Source of the DNA: Utricularia gibba
Taxonomy: Eukaryota > Plantae > Magnoliophyta
Length of the DNA stretch: 64,000 bases
Reading direction: 5' to 3'
Assembly (NCBI GenBank): GCA_002189035.1
Contig: CM007991.1
Span: forward strand, 682,001 to 746,000
Shown here: positions 33,621 to 53,370 of the stretch, in pieces
How positions within the stretch are numbered: position 1 is the stretch's first letter
How the letters are laid out: every line of letters starts with the position of its first letter
Notes under the pieces: model-generated
Database searches by the model: none
What the model saw: only the letters and a program-made list of their open reading frames with translations
What the model was told of the DNA's origin: nothing
Made by a program: the position numbers and the translations under genes

Positions 33621-36600
33621 ATGGCGAATAGCATCATGCTTCATTAAATCTTTTGTCTCCGTGGAAGATGTTGGACACAAATCCGTTGTGGGATTTGCTA
33701 AAAAACCCAAGGTAAGTTTTTTCCTTTGATGCTCTTTAGATATTGTAAAGAAGAATCTTTTTTTTTTCTAGCGATCAGTATTGCTGACTTTGTGTGTTTA
33801 GCTTGAGTTTGTATTGCTACCATTTCCTTATAGTAACCCTTCCCCCTGAAGTTCTGCTTTGCTCTTTCCACCTAGTGGGATTTTCAAGAAAGATGAGTTG
33901 TGCGTTGAGATAGCCCAGATTGCATTACCTGCGGCGCTGGCTCTGACTGCTGATCCCATAGCTTCTCTTATAGATACAGCATTCATCGGGCATATCGGTG
34001 TGCAGTTTTATCTGTTTGTTATGCAACCAGTAAACTTGTTTGATGCTTGCTTTGCCTCTAATCTGAAGGAAATCTGCGTTCTTCGCCCCTTGGCTCTTCC
34101 TAATCTGCTTATTTTCCACACATAGGCCCTGTAGAGCTGGCTGCTGTTGGAGTGGCTATTGCTGTCATCAATCAAACATCAAAAATCGCAATATTTCCTC
34201 TTGTCAGTGTTACAACTTCTTTAGTTGCTGAAGAAGATGCCGTTGGAATTTTAAGCAATGATTACCAAGAAATAGAAATAGTAGAGAAAGATTATGCTTC
34301 AAACGTTTCAAAGGGTCATTTGAATGAGGAAAATGGTATTCTGAGCCACTTCTTTTTTCAAGTCACTGAACTGGTTTTCTCCTGTTTGAATCTAATAGCT
34401 TGCATTTTGTCTGGATGAACAGTAGAAACGATGCCTGCGCACACGAAGAAAAGACGCATATCCTCAGCTTCAACAGCTTTGATCATTGGTAGCGTTCTTG
34501 GGCTCCTTCAAGCTGCTATCCTCATCTATGCTGCGAAACCTATTTTAAGTTACATGGGTCTCAATTCAGTAAGTTCTCTGTTTTTTTTTTTTTTTTGGCC
34601 TTCACAGTAAGGTTCATGATAGGAGGTGCATTTTATGTTATATTTAAGTTTTCACAATCCAAGCTACATATTGGCTCCACCACCATGTCAGGAAGCATAT
34701 TGTTAACTATCTTTGTTGCTGTAGAACTCTCCTATGATGATGCCAGCACTTAAGTACTTGACACTGAGATCACTTGGTGCTCCAGCTGTCCTCCTGTCGT
34801 TGGCCATGCAAGGCATTTTTCGAGGGTTTAAAGACACAAAGACCCCTTATATGCAACATGTATGTTTCCTTCCAGATTTACAAGTTTCTTCGATATGCCA
34901 TGGTTCTTATATAACCACTAAATTCTAATATAGTGATTGGAGATGCTGCCAACGTTGTATTGGATCCCATATTCATTTTTGTATTTGGTTTGGGTGTCAG
35001 TGGTGCAGCAATTGCTCATGTTGTTTCTCAGTAAGCTTTTAGCTCCGAACCTGTACTTAATGTTTTCTTTCATTATCATCATTGTTTTTGGAAGCCCTTT
35101 CAATACAGAGCGTGACTTTTTTAGGTACTTGATGTCTTTTATCCTGTTGTGGAGATTGATGAAACAAGTTGATATCCTGCCTCTGCCTGTCAAAGATGTT
35201 CATCTTTCCCGGTTTCTCAAGAACGGTAATCTACTTCAACAAAAAGTCCTGAATTTTCCTTTTACAATATTTCAGGGGACCTGCTAAATTTTCTCACTCT
35301 AAGATGAGAAGCATAAACTACTAGCAACATCATGCACTCCCCTGACTTGCACTCATGTAGTCCTTCATTACGAAATGTGTGTCTATAGATTTTTGCGCTC
35401 ATGGTCATTGCATTATCCGACGACTGAAAATTGAGAGCTTAGGAGATGCTTTCCTCTTTCCCCAAAACTTGAAACTATTATCATATAACCGCTTTTGTGG
35501 ACAGGGTTTCTGCTTTTCCTCAGAGTGATAGCTGCAACTTTCTGTGTGACACTGAGTGCTTCATTAGCTTCAAAACTAGGATCAAATTCCATGGCTGCAT
35601 TTCAAATATGCCTACAGGTTTGGTTGGCAAGTTCTTTGCTTGCTGATGGGTTGGCTGTGGCTGGACAAGTAAGAGATTCTTTTTCATTCAAGAACTTGAA
35701 TTTTTTGCACTGATTTCAACTCCATATATTCAAGTATTTGTTTACACCAGCATGTACCTTACTTAGCCTTCATTTCTTGGTTGTGAAAGTAGCTTATGGC
35801 CTGCAGGCCATCCTAGCCAATGCGTTTGCTCGAAGTGACTATGAAAAGATCAAGGCCACTGCCTCGCGCATTCTTCAGGTCTTTCTTTGTTTCAGTGCCT
35901 AATGTTTCTTGATTCCTGCAGTGGATCAATATAAAAATGTTCATTTCAGCTGAGCCTTGTTGTTGGGCTGATCCTCTGCCTCTTCGTCTTCCTGCTACTA
36001 AAATCATCATCACAAATCTTCACAAACGATCCCACCGTCCTCAGTATCCTACAACTAGGAATCCCGGTATGTAACAACCACCACATGCACTACTCCGTTC
36101 AATACATGACTGCATATCCTCTGCTGATCATCCATGCTTCATGTTTCTCTTGCTAGTTTGTAGTACTGACTCAACCTATCAATTCCTTGGCTTTCGTTTA
36201 CGACGGTCTAATGTACGGAGCGTCAGACTTCACATTCGCTGCCTACTCCATGGCAAGTTCTCTATTACCAGTATGCTGCCATCTTATGCACCCCACCACA
36301 GACACAACTAGCTACCAGAGCATCCCCACTCGATCTTATTCTCTTGTTTGTTGGCTGCACGATGCAAGTGAACGTTTTCAGTTTCGGGGCAGCATCCATT
36401 GATCATCATCTGTGATGTTGTTGCAGATTGTCATTGCCATTGTGAGCATCCTGCTATTGTTCTTGCTCTACTCCGGCAGCGGCTTTGTGGGCATCTGGAT
36501 TGCGCTCTCTGTTTTCATGTGTCTTCGAGCTTCAGCTGGGTTCATGAGGTAACCACACCACCCTTTCCATGATTCTTCCCAGCCCTTCTGAAACAGGCAT

Positions 36601-36703
36601 GAGATTCTTCTTCTTCTTCTTCTCCTGGACTTGCAGGATCTGGACGAAATCAGGCCCCTGGAGGCTCGCCTCAGCCTCTGCTTCCGGGCTCCAGCCTCAG
36701 TAA
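33621..36703 (+). CDS. MATE efflux transporter, DTX42/FRD3 (citrate-exporter-like) clade, multi-exon; start uncertain (ATG33621 with an indel, or ATG33668)
   Basis: FKKDELCVEIAQIALPAALALTADPIASLIDTAFIGHIG, LTLRSLGAPAVLLSLAMQGIFRGFKDTKTP, AAFQICLQVWLASSLLADGLAVAGQ and LAFVYDG; ends RIWTKSGPW...QPQ-TAA. A 1-bp T deletion at 34847-34848 breaks KTPLYAT. GC donor at 36253. Confidence 0.9.
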
Positions 36704-38114
36704 ATCCCTAGGGCTGCTGATAGTATTTAATGTAATACCCAATACACCACTCGGTGTGGAAAATGCTTTAATTTGTTCGAAATTAAAATTGGATATATTA
36801 ATTTGCACAAAAATGAGATATGTAGAAATTTGGATTATTTAATAATGATTAAAAATTATATGATTAGTATTTTTTTTAATTCAGTGTGAATATTTTAATA
36901 TTTTATGCAATATTTTTAAAAAATATCTAAAGAAAAAACATAATTGTTCTTATATATTCAAAACTGACAAGAAGTTTCTATGAATAATTGAAAATAGATG
37001 AAATAAGTGCAATAATTAAAGGGAATAACATGAATGAAAACATTAATTGCATGCATATAGGAAATGATTTTGTGTTTCACCATTATTTAAAATTAAATAA
37101 TAAAATTATCCATATATTATATATAATATTAAATATCAACTTTCATAAAATTTATAATATTCCTATGTTATTTAATATATACCAATATTTCACAGCATAT
37201 TAAATGATTTCATAAAGATTTATGTACTGTGAGAACCAAACTTGTAATAACAAATTCCTATTATTATATCTGCATGATTTTTCTCTTGGAAAACTACAAA
37301 AAATAAATCGGTGAGCAACGGATGACGTCAGACTCAGCAGCCGTGCGTAGGGGCTCATCCACTCATCAACTATTAATGAATAAAATATAATCAATTATTT
37401 TATATTCTTGATGCAGTTGCACCAAATAATTGATTCAGGTGCTGACTTTTCTGCCCTCTGATTGAAATGAACGCTACGGATTTATAATTTGTTAAAAATA
37501 TAAATATTTCTAGATAAGAAAATAATAATGATATAATTTTAATTTTGTATTTATTTGAAATAAAATTCACTTGTCTTTGTTAGAGTAAATGTTAATAACT
37601 GGTTTTCATGTATATTGAGTTTATAAATAGAAATAAAAGTAAATAAATAAATAAATAGTTGGGTGACGTGGCGTCGGCGACTAGGTCAAGTCAGAGAGAG
37701 TAGGCATTTTAGAACTCGGAAATATGAAACGGCGGTCTGTGATCAGAAAAGGATGGTCTTGTCTTCTGGAATGGCAGCCATTGACTACGCCTCCATTCCC
37801 TTGCTCCTTTTGTCATGATCGACCACAGCTCGTTTCCGCGTGTTTACATTTTTACTTCCTTGGCCCCCTACTTCGTTCTTGGAAACTTCTCTGGGAATAT
37901 ATGGGTATGCGTATTTAAGCGTTACCTTTGTTGACTGCTTTCTTTGAGAGAAGCGTTTCTTGGCTTCTTTGCTAAACGACCGACGACTCTGGGTTGATTG
38001 TTTGGTGTTGTCTTCATTGCATTCTTCTGGGTTTCGGTCGGAAAATACTTTTTCTGATAGATAGCGGGAGCAGGGGAGGCGAAAGAAGGCTTTTTTATTG
38101 GTTCGTCGATTTAG

Positions 38115-40352
<2,238 letters not shown>

Positions 40353-41620
40353 CTGAGGAACCAGAAATGACTGCATCCTCTCGTAAAGGTGTTCAAACAA
40401 CACAATACCATCACTGTTTCCTGTTGGCTTGGCTTATTTATCTGAATGAACGTGATTGTATTCATTTTTTATACATAAATGAGTTGAGTTTGTGAATGTC
40501 ACTCTAAGTTATCATCAATATAATAGTTTAAATCGAAATTTTTAAAATTACATCATACATTCTTCAATTTATTTTTTTAAATAATTTATTTTCGAATTTA
40601 TGAAATTGTATATTTAATTCTTTATATTTTGATATTAGTTGTACAATTTTGACAATTATTTTGATCTTTATTATATATTTAAACATTCATATTTAATTTT
40701 TAATATTTGGGTTTTTATTATATATTTTATCTTTCGTCTTTGATTCAATTTTTAAAAATTTTTAATTGTTTGAGTTTTCCTTATATGGTTTTGACAGTTT
40801 GATGTGTTTTTTTTTTTTTTTTTACAATTTTGAAATTTTGAAAATTAAATTATTTATATTAACAGGTTGTTGTCACAATTTTCTCATATATAAAGTGACG
40901 TAACTGGGCATCCAACCTCTACTGTGGGCAACATGATTTAAGATACGGGTATATTTGTAAATTAATAAACCGTAATAAGTGACCGTTGCGAAGTTCTGTC
41001 ACAACGGTAAGAAGACAGGACTGAAAGTTGCCGTTGTTGTCATTAATGGCACCGAGAGTGAGAACGCGGAAACCATTGAAAGGGCGGCTCGCGACATTCC
41101 GATCAAGTCGGCGCGTCGCGTGTGTTTTACTCCAAGCGAACACTGCGACCGCGAAAATCATTCTGGAGCAGTTACTCCGCCCAAGCTTTTGAAGAATTCT
41201 CCACGGAAAATCAACCTGAAACAGGAAGTAGTCAGAATTTGTGAACCCCAAGTCAGAGAGAATGCTAATGAGAGAAGTATGGCCTGTCGGGAATCTTGGG
41301 TGAGCTGCAAGATGACAGCTTTTGTCTTTCTGGTAGCCGAAGGATTTTCTTGGGCGATCGTTTGTCGGCATATAGTTTTTATCGATGGGTGTGATCGGGA
41401 TTGATGAAAGTGAACTTGGTACGCGGGTCCACACTACTTTCCCACATTGAAGAAACGCACTGACGAGATTGTCGGTTCTTGATCTTGTCGTTGTTGGTTC
41501 ACTTCAAGGGTTTAATGCGCGATTTCATTGAAGCAGAATACATCGTGCTGGCGGGATCGGAACAGTTCCCCTGATCCCGTATAGTTTTTTTGTTAAAATA
41601 CCGCCGGAGTAGACACGGAA

Positions 41621-44600
41621 ATGGGTGCTGTTTCAGGGGTGGTGTCGAGGCAAGTTTTGCCAGCATGCGGAAATCTTTGTTTCCTTTGTCCTTCTATGCG
41701 TTCCAGGTCTCGGCAGCCTGTGAAGAGGTACAAAAAGATGTTAGCGGACATTTTCCAGGTCAGCTGCTGCAAATTGCAGATTCTATTCTGGGTTTATTTC
41801 CTAAACAGATCCAGGGATTCTTGATGCAAGTTTTCCAGTTTGAATTGATGTTCATTTTGATTGTATGTTTGTCAAGAAGCATTGTGTACATACCCCATTT
41901 AGTAAGTAATGAAAATCTCAATCTTGGGAATGAAAATAAAAAATCAGCTTACACTGTGTTGTTTCTTCTCAGGATGAAGAGCCTAATGATCGTAAGATCA
42001 GCAAACTCTGTGAATATGCTGCTAGGAATCCCTTGCGAATTCCGGCGGTAATTTTCCGGCTGATGCTTCAGTGTTGATGCAGATGCTATTCTTATCTGAG
42101 TTCTTATGTGGCTTTACAGATAGCTACCTTTCTTGAACATAGATGCTACAAGGATTTGAGGAACGGGAAGTTTCAATCTGTAAAAACGGTCATGCTTGTT
42201 TTCAGCCAAATTTGCTCATCTTGCAAGGAACAAATGTATTCCCAGACACTTTGCTACTGTTAATTCTTTGCTCTCCGGTCAGCTAACTCCATGCTTGTAT
42301 CATTCGTTCAGGACTTTTTTTGCAAACAGTATGTTGACTGTTGTGCAAACCTTGCTAGATGCTAACCAGGATGAACTGATAATCACTGGAACCCAATCAC
42401 TCTTTGACTTTGTGAAAAATCAAGTTGGTATCTTCTCATGTATTCATCTGTAGACTTTCTTGTTATCCCTTCTTGTCAGAACAAAGAGATATTTTATAAC
42501 ATGTGTGATTCTCCAGAAAGATGGGGCATACATGTCTGATCTGGAAACATTCATTCCTAAACTCTGCCAATTGGCTCAAGAAGTAGGGGAAGTCCAAAGG
42601 GTTCAGTGTTTGCGCGCTGCTGGGCTTCAAGCACTATATGCATTGGTATCCAGTTCACCTTTTAACCAGTCATAAGAATCTGTCATTTTGATCTTATCAG
42701 CAGGGCTGGTTTTTCTGCACTCAGTAGTTTACTGAACTTTTTTTAATTCTTCCTCAGGTCTGGTTGATGGGCGAAATCTCTCATATTTCTGTAGAGTTCG
42801 ACAATGTAAGCATGACTCACCGGGCGCAAAGGGATGATGCCGTTTACCATATTTCAGTAGTTTCTTTTCTCATTGTGTCTTCTATTGATTTTTCAGATAA
42901 TTTCAGCTGTCCTGGAAAATTGTGAATTCCCCAGAGAGGATGTTAATGATTTGAATCAGAATACCTGGCACTTGGAATTGCCAAAAGACCAAAGTCATTT
43001 TTCTGCTTCATCACATGTTGCTGGCAAGTTTCTTTCTTCTACAATGATTGCATATGATCTACGACAGCTCAATGTATCAGTGTAAGTCCTTGGATTTTCA
43101 CTTACTTCATGAATTAACTGTATGCAAAGAGTGAATCTTGCGTTCCTTTCAGAGAGAACTCCATGAAACCATCCTTCTGGTCAAAGTTATGCCTGCAAAG
43201 TGTGGCCAGGCTTAGTAAAGAATACACAATAATGCGTCGCATGTTGGAGTCTGTGTTCCAGTACTTTGATGCCGGAAACCTTTGGCCCCTAAAAACTGGC
43301 ACCGCATTTCCTGTTCTCAGAGAGATTCAGCTGTTGATCGAAGATTATGGTTGGTAAATACCCCTTGTTTATTTTCATCAATTTCTAACCCCTGCATCAT
43401 GTATTGTTCTCATTTCTTTCAAGTGTCCACTCTCCTTGACCCCTGTGTAGCTTTTCTAGCTTCTTGTTATGGTTGAAGATTTTTTGGGACTGATTGGATT
43501 CCAACTTTTGATCATGCAGGACAGGACACGCACTTCTTTTTGTCAATATTAATCAAGCATCTTCATCATAAAAATATCTGTAAGAAACCTGAAATGCAGC
43601 TTGAAATCATCCAAGTTGTCACTGCCCTGTGTAAGCATGCGAAAGTGCAAGCATCAGAAGTCATTGTCACTTCCATCACTGACACTGTAAGGCTCTTGCA
43701 AAAGAGCATTCATTGGCTACCACATGATTCAAATGGTGCACCCGATCTAAACATGCGGAACAAGAAGTTCAATAAAGCGGTGGACGAATGTCTCGTAGAG
43801 CTGTCATCGAAGGTATAGACTCTTTCCTCTTGTGATAACCAATGAGATGCCTTGATGTTAATATCTATCCTTTCAACAGGTTGGAGATGCAAATGTGATT
43901 CTTGATGCAGTGGGTAACATATTAGAGAGCATTCCGAAAATTGCCACCATAGCGAGGACTACCGTTTCAGCTCTCTGCCATGTGTCACGTATAGTAGTTT
44001 CTTGCCATAATGCATCATATCAGAGCAAGGCGAGTCTACTGCAGCGTCCTCTTACTCTCTAGCGTCTCTTTAACTAACTCAGTCTGTGATGCTACGTATT
44101 TGATGTTTAGGCTTTTCCAGAAGCTTTATTTCAACAAATCCTTGCTGCTATGCTTCATCCAGATCATGAGACTCGGGTTGGAGTTCATGAGATTTTTTCT
44201 TTGATCCTTCACCTGTTTTCCACCTCCCTAGAACGGTTTTTGATAAGAGTAAGGCCTTGAGAACATCTTCTGTGGTTTCATCATCATCTGTGCTGTTGGA
44301 GACGCTGAGAGACCAAAAACATCATGAGGAGGGAAGTCTTTCAGAAAATGTAGCTCACCTTGGATTAAGCAGCAACCAAATATATCAGCTGTTATCATCT
44401 CTATGGAAACAGTCAATTTCTGCAGAGAATAAACCAGAAAATTATGTAGCCATTGCCTGCACCTACAGCTTACTAATGCTGTTCTCTCTATCAAAGGTAG
44501 TGTACCATGTGGTGGTTTCAGCCAAGCATCTTCAGTTAGAAAAAAAAATACTTGATCTGTTTGTGTGTTCATCGCAGAAAAAATGCCGTGATGCACTTGT

Positions 44601-46107
44601 TCAAAGCTTTCAGATGGCTTTTTCATTGAGGGATTTTAGTCTTTTGACTGGAGGTAAACTGCTGACTTTAGGACATCCCCTTTAACTGCCATTTGCAGTT
44701 TAGACTTGAACTTACTGGTTCCCTATCTTACAATAAGGCTCAAGAGAATGTGTAGGTAGACCGTGCAGAGATAAGAGAATCTAATTTTCCTTTTCCTTCT
44801 GCAAGTGCCTTGCTGTGAACTTTTTGATTCTTTTCAGTATCAGTGTGTGGTATGGGACTACCGATTAGAATTCTTAGATAATCTATTAGGGGATTTTTCC
44901 AGGGACGCTACCACCGTCGTGCCGCAGATCTCTCTTTGTACTGTCTACCTCAATGATCATCTTTACGTTGCAAGCTTATAATGTCCTTCCTCCCATCCCA
45001 TCTCTGAAGGCCATGCTTTCAGAAAAAGAGGTAGGCTTCCAACGTACAGTAAACCTTTTTCTTTCCTTTTATAGGTACTCTCTTTTGCATTGAAAGCTGC
45101 TAAGGTCACTCGTATTACCTTCTTGCATTCCTCAGGTTGATCCCTTTTTGCGCATGGCTCAAGATTTTAAGTTGGAGATTACTGAAGCAGAACCGCGGCA
45201 GCAAAGGCTTCCTTACGGGTCAGAAGAAGACAATGCCTCAGCTCTGAGATGTCTCTCAGAAATAAGTATCAACGAGGAGCAGTCAAAGGATGCTCTCGTT
45301 TCTGCCATTCTGAAGAGCTTGGATAACTTAACGGATGTAAGGCTTGAATAACAAGCAAAGGATTCATCCCACATTCTCTAATCTATTACTTTTCTCTTGC
45401 CGGTTTCCCTATTTCTTGTAGCATGAAGAGACGTCCGTCAGAGACGAGCTGCAAAAGGAATTTTTACCAGATGACTTGTGTGTTGTTGACAAGTATGCGT
45501 CTCTAGCGGAGGTAAACAATCATCGTCATCACTAAAGCATATGTATACCTTTCGGTATTTGGTGCAATCATTCCTGTTACGGTGCAGAGGGCCTCCGTAA
45601 TCCTTCCTGATGATGACTCTTCTTCAAATTCAACTGGATGCAGCCTACAGAATCACCTTTGTACGGCCGATGATTCGAGTCTACTCGGAGTAAATCAGCT
45701 TCTACAATCTGTAAGCGAAGAGAATCCAATTCATTTCCTTGCGTACTCATCAACGAGCATCATTCAAGTCCCTCGAGTTTCAGGTCACCGAGACAGTGAA
45801 GGCCGTACGGAGCATGTCTGCCTACAACGCAATCGATGCTTCGTTCATGGAAGTGGTTCGCCGATGTGAAGCACTCTCTACTGAAAAACTCGGAAGAATG
45901 TCGGTTCTGTTAGACGACGTACCTTCCATTCCTCGCTCGTCATCTGTTCGACAGATTGCGGATCCTTTATTCCATCGAAACGCATCCGAAAACGGAGCTC
46001 AAGCGCGATCCGCAACACATGATCTGCACCAGCTTCTGCATCCCTCAAGGTTGCCGCCTTCTGGTCCTTACGAGAGCTTCTTGAAAGCTGCAGGGTGCCA
46101 TCGATAG
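41621..46107 (+). CDS. EFR3-like ARM-repeat protein (SEMI-ROLLED LEAF 2-like family), multi-exon
   Basis: VSRQVLPACGNLCFLCPSMRSRSRQPVKRYKK, KLCEYAARNPLRIP, FIPKLCQLAQE, AFPEALFQQ and a C-terminal RLPPSGPYESFLKAAGC. GC donor at 44030. Confidence 0.9.
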
Positions 46108-46825
46108 AGAGATGAAAAAAAGGATTAAAATTATGTCTGTTAAATTTATTTATAATTTTTATGTGATAAAATTATTTATTTGATAAATATATTTTTTAAT
46201 AAATACGTTATTTATAAAATATCCCCATACTTTATTAATCATATTTTAAAAAATTTTTTTTATGATCTTTATTTATTATAAATATAAGAAAAATTTATAA
46301 AAATAATATATCAAATTCGATCAATATAAAGAATTTAATGTACTTATTTATGATGTAAATTCAATCAGTACAAACAATACAAAGAATCTAAAATTCTAAA
46401 AAAAATTTATAACATAATTTTCAAATGTAAAGATTAAATTATTTGTACTAAGTATAAATTGAAATAACGTCGAGAAACTCTATCCATATATATACTTATT
46501 ATGTATATTTTCATTTGGAATTTTAATTGGTTAAAAAAATACGAAAGTTGTTGACAGTTTTGGGAGTGGAGTTCACTTCCCCACCCTCCACCTTCGCTTC
46601 CATTGAAATTGGTTGTTCTTGCTGACGTGGGATTTTCACTGGGAGGGTGGTTGCAACTTCACTTCAGGGGGAAGCCATTCCCGGTCGACTTCGGTACCCA
46701 CCTCTCTCTCTGGTGGCTTCAGAGTTGCAATCAATTCTGGATTCAGCTGGATTCGGGACCCATTTGGTCTTCAGGCCTTGGACTTCTCTTCTCTTCGGGG
46801 CGCCAGATCGACTAAACCGACAAAA

Positions 46826-49428
46826 ATGTTGGTTCAAGATCGGGTTCTTCCGCCCTCTGATGCCTCGAAACCACGCAGTTACCTGCAACGGAGGAAGCCC
46901 TTTTTTGTTCCAGCCAAGAATCTTGATTTTTCGACATGGGCTGCCGACAATCCGTTCAAAATTCTAGCGGCTCTCCTGATTTTCACAGCGGTGGTAGCCG
47001 TGCCTTTCTTTCTGAATCATTCTACCTCCGGCGGTGATGCGACGGCGTTGCTATGCTTGGAATCGACCCAGTCTCGTAGAATGCACCCCAAATTTCCCAA
47101 GATTAATTGGAAGAATGTCGACCCGATTGTGGACAGATCGACTCCCTTCTCTAGTTTTCGATCAGAGAAATGGATTGTCGTCTCTGTTTCCGATTACCCC
47201 TCTGATTCGTTGACTAAAATGACAAAATTAAGAGGGTGGCAAGTGCTCGCTGTTGGGAACTCGAAGACTCCAAAAGACTGGAGCTTGAAAGGTATTGGTT
47301 GCAGAATGCATCCTTAAATAGGCTACATGTTCTATGTGGATTACGCAAGTTTTGCCGTAACAACGTTCAACAATTTGTGTGATGAATGCTTGCTGATAAA
47401 TAGAAGTATGCCAAGTGTTCTGATTTAGCTTCATTTCTGAAACAGGTTCCATTTATTTGTCATTGGAACTGCAAGCTCAATTGGGATATAGGGTTACTGA
47501 TTTCCTGCCGTATGATTCATATGTTAGAAAAACTGTTGGTTATTTATTTGCTATACAGCATGGTGCCCAAAAGATTTATGATGTTGATGATCGAGGTTAT
47601 GTCATAGATGATAATATTGATAAGCATTTTGATGTTGAGCTGGTTGGTGAGGCTGCCAGACAAGAGATTATCTTGCAGTACAATCTTGAAGATGCCAACA
47701 GAACGACTGTTAACCCTTACATACATTTTGGTCAGCGTTCTGTTTGGCCGAGAGGATTGCCCTTGGAACATGTAGGTGGAATTGGACATGAAGAGTTCTA
47801 CACAGAGATTTTTGGGGGCAAACAGTTTATTCAGCAAGGGATATCAAATGGCTTACCTGATGTGGATTCTGTGTTTTACTTCACTAGAAAAGCTTCATTT
47901 GAATCATTTGACATGAGGTTCGATGATCGTGCCCCGAAAGTGGCATTACCTCAAGGTCTAATGGTGCCTGTTAATTCATTCAATACCCTTTTTCAGTCAT
48001 CCGCTTTCTGGGGATTGATGCTTCCTGTCTCTGTTAGTACAATGGCTTCTGATATCCTGAGGGCTACTGGGCACAAAGGATTCTGTGGGAGGTTGGGGGT
48101 TATGTAGTGGTGTATCCTCCTACAATGCATCGGCATGACAAAGTTGAGGCGTATCCATTTTCAGAAGAGAAGGATCTTCATGTGAATGTCGGTCGTCTAG
48201 TTAGTTTTCTGGTGGGATGGAGATCAAAAAAGCACCGGCTATTCGACAAAATTGTCGAGTTGAGTTACGTGATGGCTGAGGAAGGATTTTGGACAGAAAA
48301 GGATGTGGAGTTTACAGCAGCATGGCTTCAGGACTTGATTGCTGTTAGGTATCAGCAGCCACGTTTAATGTCCCTTGAATTAGACAGGCCAAAGGCAGCA
48401 GTCGGCCATGGAGACCGCAAGGAGTTCGTGCCACAGAAACTACCATCTGTGCATCTTGGTGTGGAGGAAATAGGAACTGTAAACTTTGAAATCGGAAACC
48501 TGATAAAATGGAGAAAAAATTTCGGAAACATTGTGCTTATCATGTTCTGCTCCGGCCCAGTTGAGCGCACCGCCTTGGAATGGAGGTTGCTGTATGGACG
48601 CATTTTCAAGACAGTCATCATCCTTTCCAGGGAGAAAAATGTTGATCTCGCTGTGGAAGAAGGCCAGTTGGATTATATCTATAAGTAAGCTTAAAGTTAT
48701 CTTAAGATTCTGTCTCGTCTTCCTGTTTTCAACACTTGGTTTCTGTTCTTCCTCAGGTATTTAGCAAAGTTCATGAAACGATACTCGAGCGCAGATGGTT
48801 TTTTGTTTCTGCAGGACAATACAATTCTTAACTACTGGAACTTGCTCCAAGCTGATAAAACTGCTCTCTGGATCACAAACAAGGTAACAATTCTCTGCAT
48901 TTGTGCCAATGCACTCAAACTGAGGGAAACTTCATTCTTTTTCCTCTGTATGTGCAGGTCTCAAAGTCTTGGGCAAATGTCTCACCATCCAGCAACTCAG
49001 ACTGGTTTCTTAAGCAATCAGAAATGCTGAAGAAGGTGGTCTCAACGCTGCCTGCTCATTTCCAAGTCAACTACAACGAGAACACCAAAGATCAAGAAGG
49101 GATCACGCTCTGCGAATCAGAGGTCTTCTACATTCCCCGACGTCTCGTATCCGACTTCATCGATCTCATCAGCCTCGTCGGAGATCTCGAGCTCCACCAC
49201 AAGATCGCGACACCGATGTTCTTTCTGGCGATGGACGCCCGTCGGAATTTCGACCCAGTTCTGAATTCCATGAGATACGAGCAGCAGCTGCAGAGCAGCA
49301 ACTCAACATCCTTCTACTCCGCTGAAGCTCCTGCTATCCGACCGTGGAACGTGGCCAGCGAGCAAGACTTCGTTTTGCTGGTAAGACTGATGGCTGCCGG
49401 CGATCCCCTTCTCATGGCGCTCTTCTGA
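46826..49428 (+). CDS. STL: STELLO-like (DUF288) Golgi glycosyltransferase-like protein; exons 46826-47291, 47446-48684, 48757-48883, 48958-49428
   Basis: MLVQDR start, FRSEKWIVVSVS, YDSYVRKTVGYLFAIQHGA, SVWPRGLPLE and LYGRIFKTVIILS. A 1-bp G deletion at 48061-48063 breaks the conserved LRGYW. Confidence 0.92.
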
Positions 49429-49864
49429 TGATGGGCTGCTTCGTTTCATACAAAGAGAACTGAAAAGATCCGTGACATGGAACACACATACTTGGAAACC
49501 TTCTGGTTTTCTTTTCTTGTGCTTGAGTTGGTTTCTAGCCGTTGTAGATGATGATGCAAAGAGGCATTTGTTGGCAACCGAGTCGACGTGTTCGGAAACC
49601 ATTATTTCTATAAATATTATGTAATCATTTCATATTATAGGATAAGGTTTTTTATGTTATTGGAAGGGTATGGCAGCATACATACCACTATTTATTAAAA
49701 TTGATATAATTAATCTGTAATATTTAATAAAAATGATATAATTAATTTCTATTAGTATATTTAATTTCTAAAAATTTGATGTGTTGGGTATATTTGATTC
49801 TTGAAGTTTGACGTACTTAATGGAATCAACAGGAGAATTAAGAGTGATTATAAAGATTATCAAC

Positions 49865-49883
49865 AATAATAATAATAATAATA
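49865..49883. repeat. (AAT)n microsatellite
   Basis: Read directly from the sequence. Confidence 0.85.
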
Positions 49884-50409
49884 ACTATAAAGATCATATT
49901 ATATATCGCATTTTATATGATTTGAAATCGAAATGAAAAATATTTAAGACAAGCTGGATGTTCTTCACCGGAACTATTGATTAAAGTATAATTTATGAAT
50001 TATCAATGTATTCGAGTACGAGAAAATAATGTTTTTGATATATTAAATTAACATGAATAATAATTAATTTACTGCATGTTTTATAAAATTGCAAAGAATA
50101 ATTTTTAAATTTTTTTGTAATTATAGTTAGTCGTATTTAGCTTTTATTTTAAAAAAATATAATATATTAATCTAATTTATATTTGTGTTAATTATAATAA
50201 CGTGAGCGGTTATCGAGAAATATATTTCTTTTATTCAGGAAAAAAAATGAAGGAAAACATATGGTTGGGCTATCTCTGTGGGAGGATGTGTCTGCAATCC
50301 AATGGCAGTCCTCACTCCGACCACTCTCCGCTCCAAGATAACGATCGGAGTTGAAGCAGAGAGAGGTTTCGGAGCCGGGTTCATGGTCCGACCCTTGTTC
50401 AATGCTTCA

Positions 50410-53035
<2,626 letters not shown>

Positions 53036-53370
53036 AGGGAAATAGGCATTACCCACGTTATTCTCTGATTCTTTGTTAGCCCCTTGAGGACTCGTTTTCC
53101 TTTCCCTCTCCCTGCTGCTGTTTTTCAAAGGTTAAGCCATGAAAAATGCACGTACGTTCTCAAAGATGATAAACTGTGCATTTCCATAGGGAAATCAGTA
53201 TCTCCTCAAGTTTCGTTTTTTATTCCTAATCAGTACTACAAGATCAATAGATCGAAATAACCCCCTGACTAACTGCTGCACGATGGCTATAAGACGACTG
53301 GATATCATAGATAAATAAGTGTACATATAACTTGTTACAGGGTTCAAGATTACACAAGGCAGGCAGGCAT

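Noticed and set aside
33093-33729. ORFs 33093-33296 and 33337-33729 as MATE N-terminal exons
   Set aside because: Phase is incompatible with the next exon (ag|t GGG ATT TTC); only the MLDTNPLWDLLKNPS frame splices correctly. The upstream region is likely 5'UTR and intron.
40919-41434. ORFs of 141-171 aa upstream of the EFR3-like gene, and an ACCGTTG/CAACGGT inverted pair
   Set aside because: No recognisable domain, and overlapping ORFs on both strands in a GC-richer promoter region. A single short inverted pair without CACTA termini is insufficient to call a transposon.
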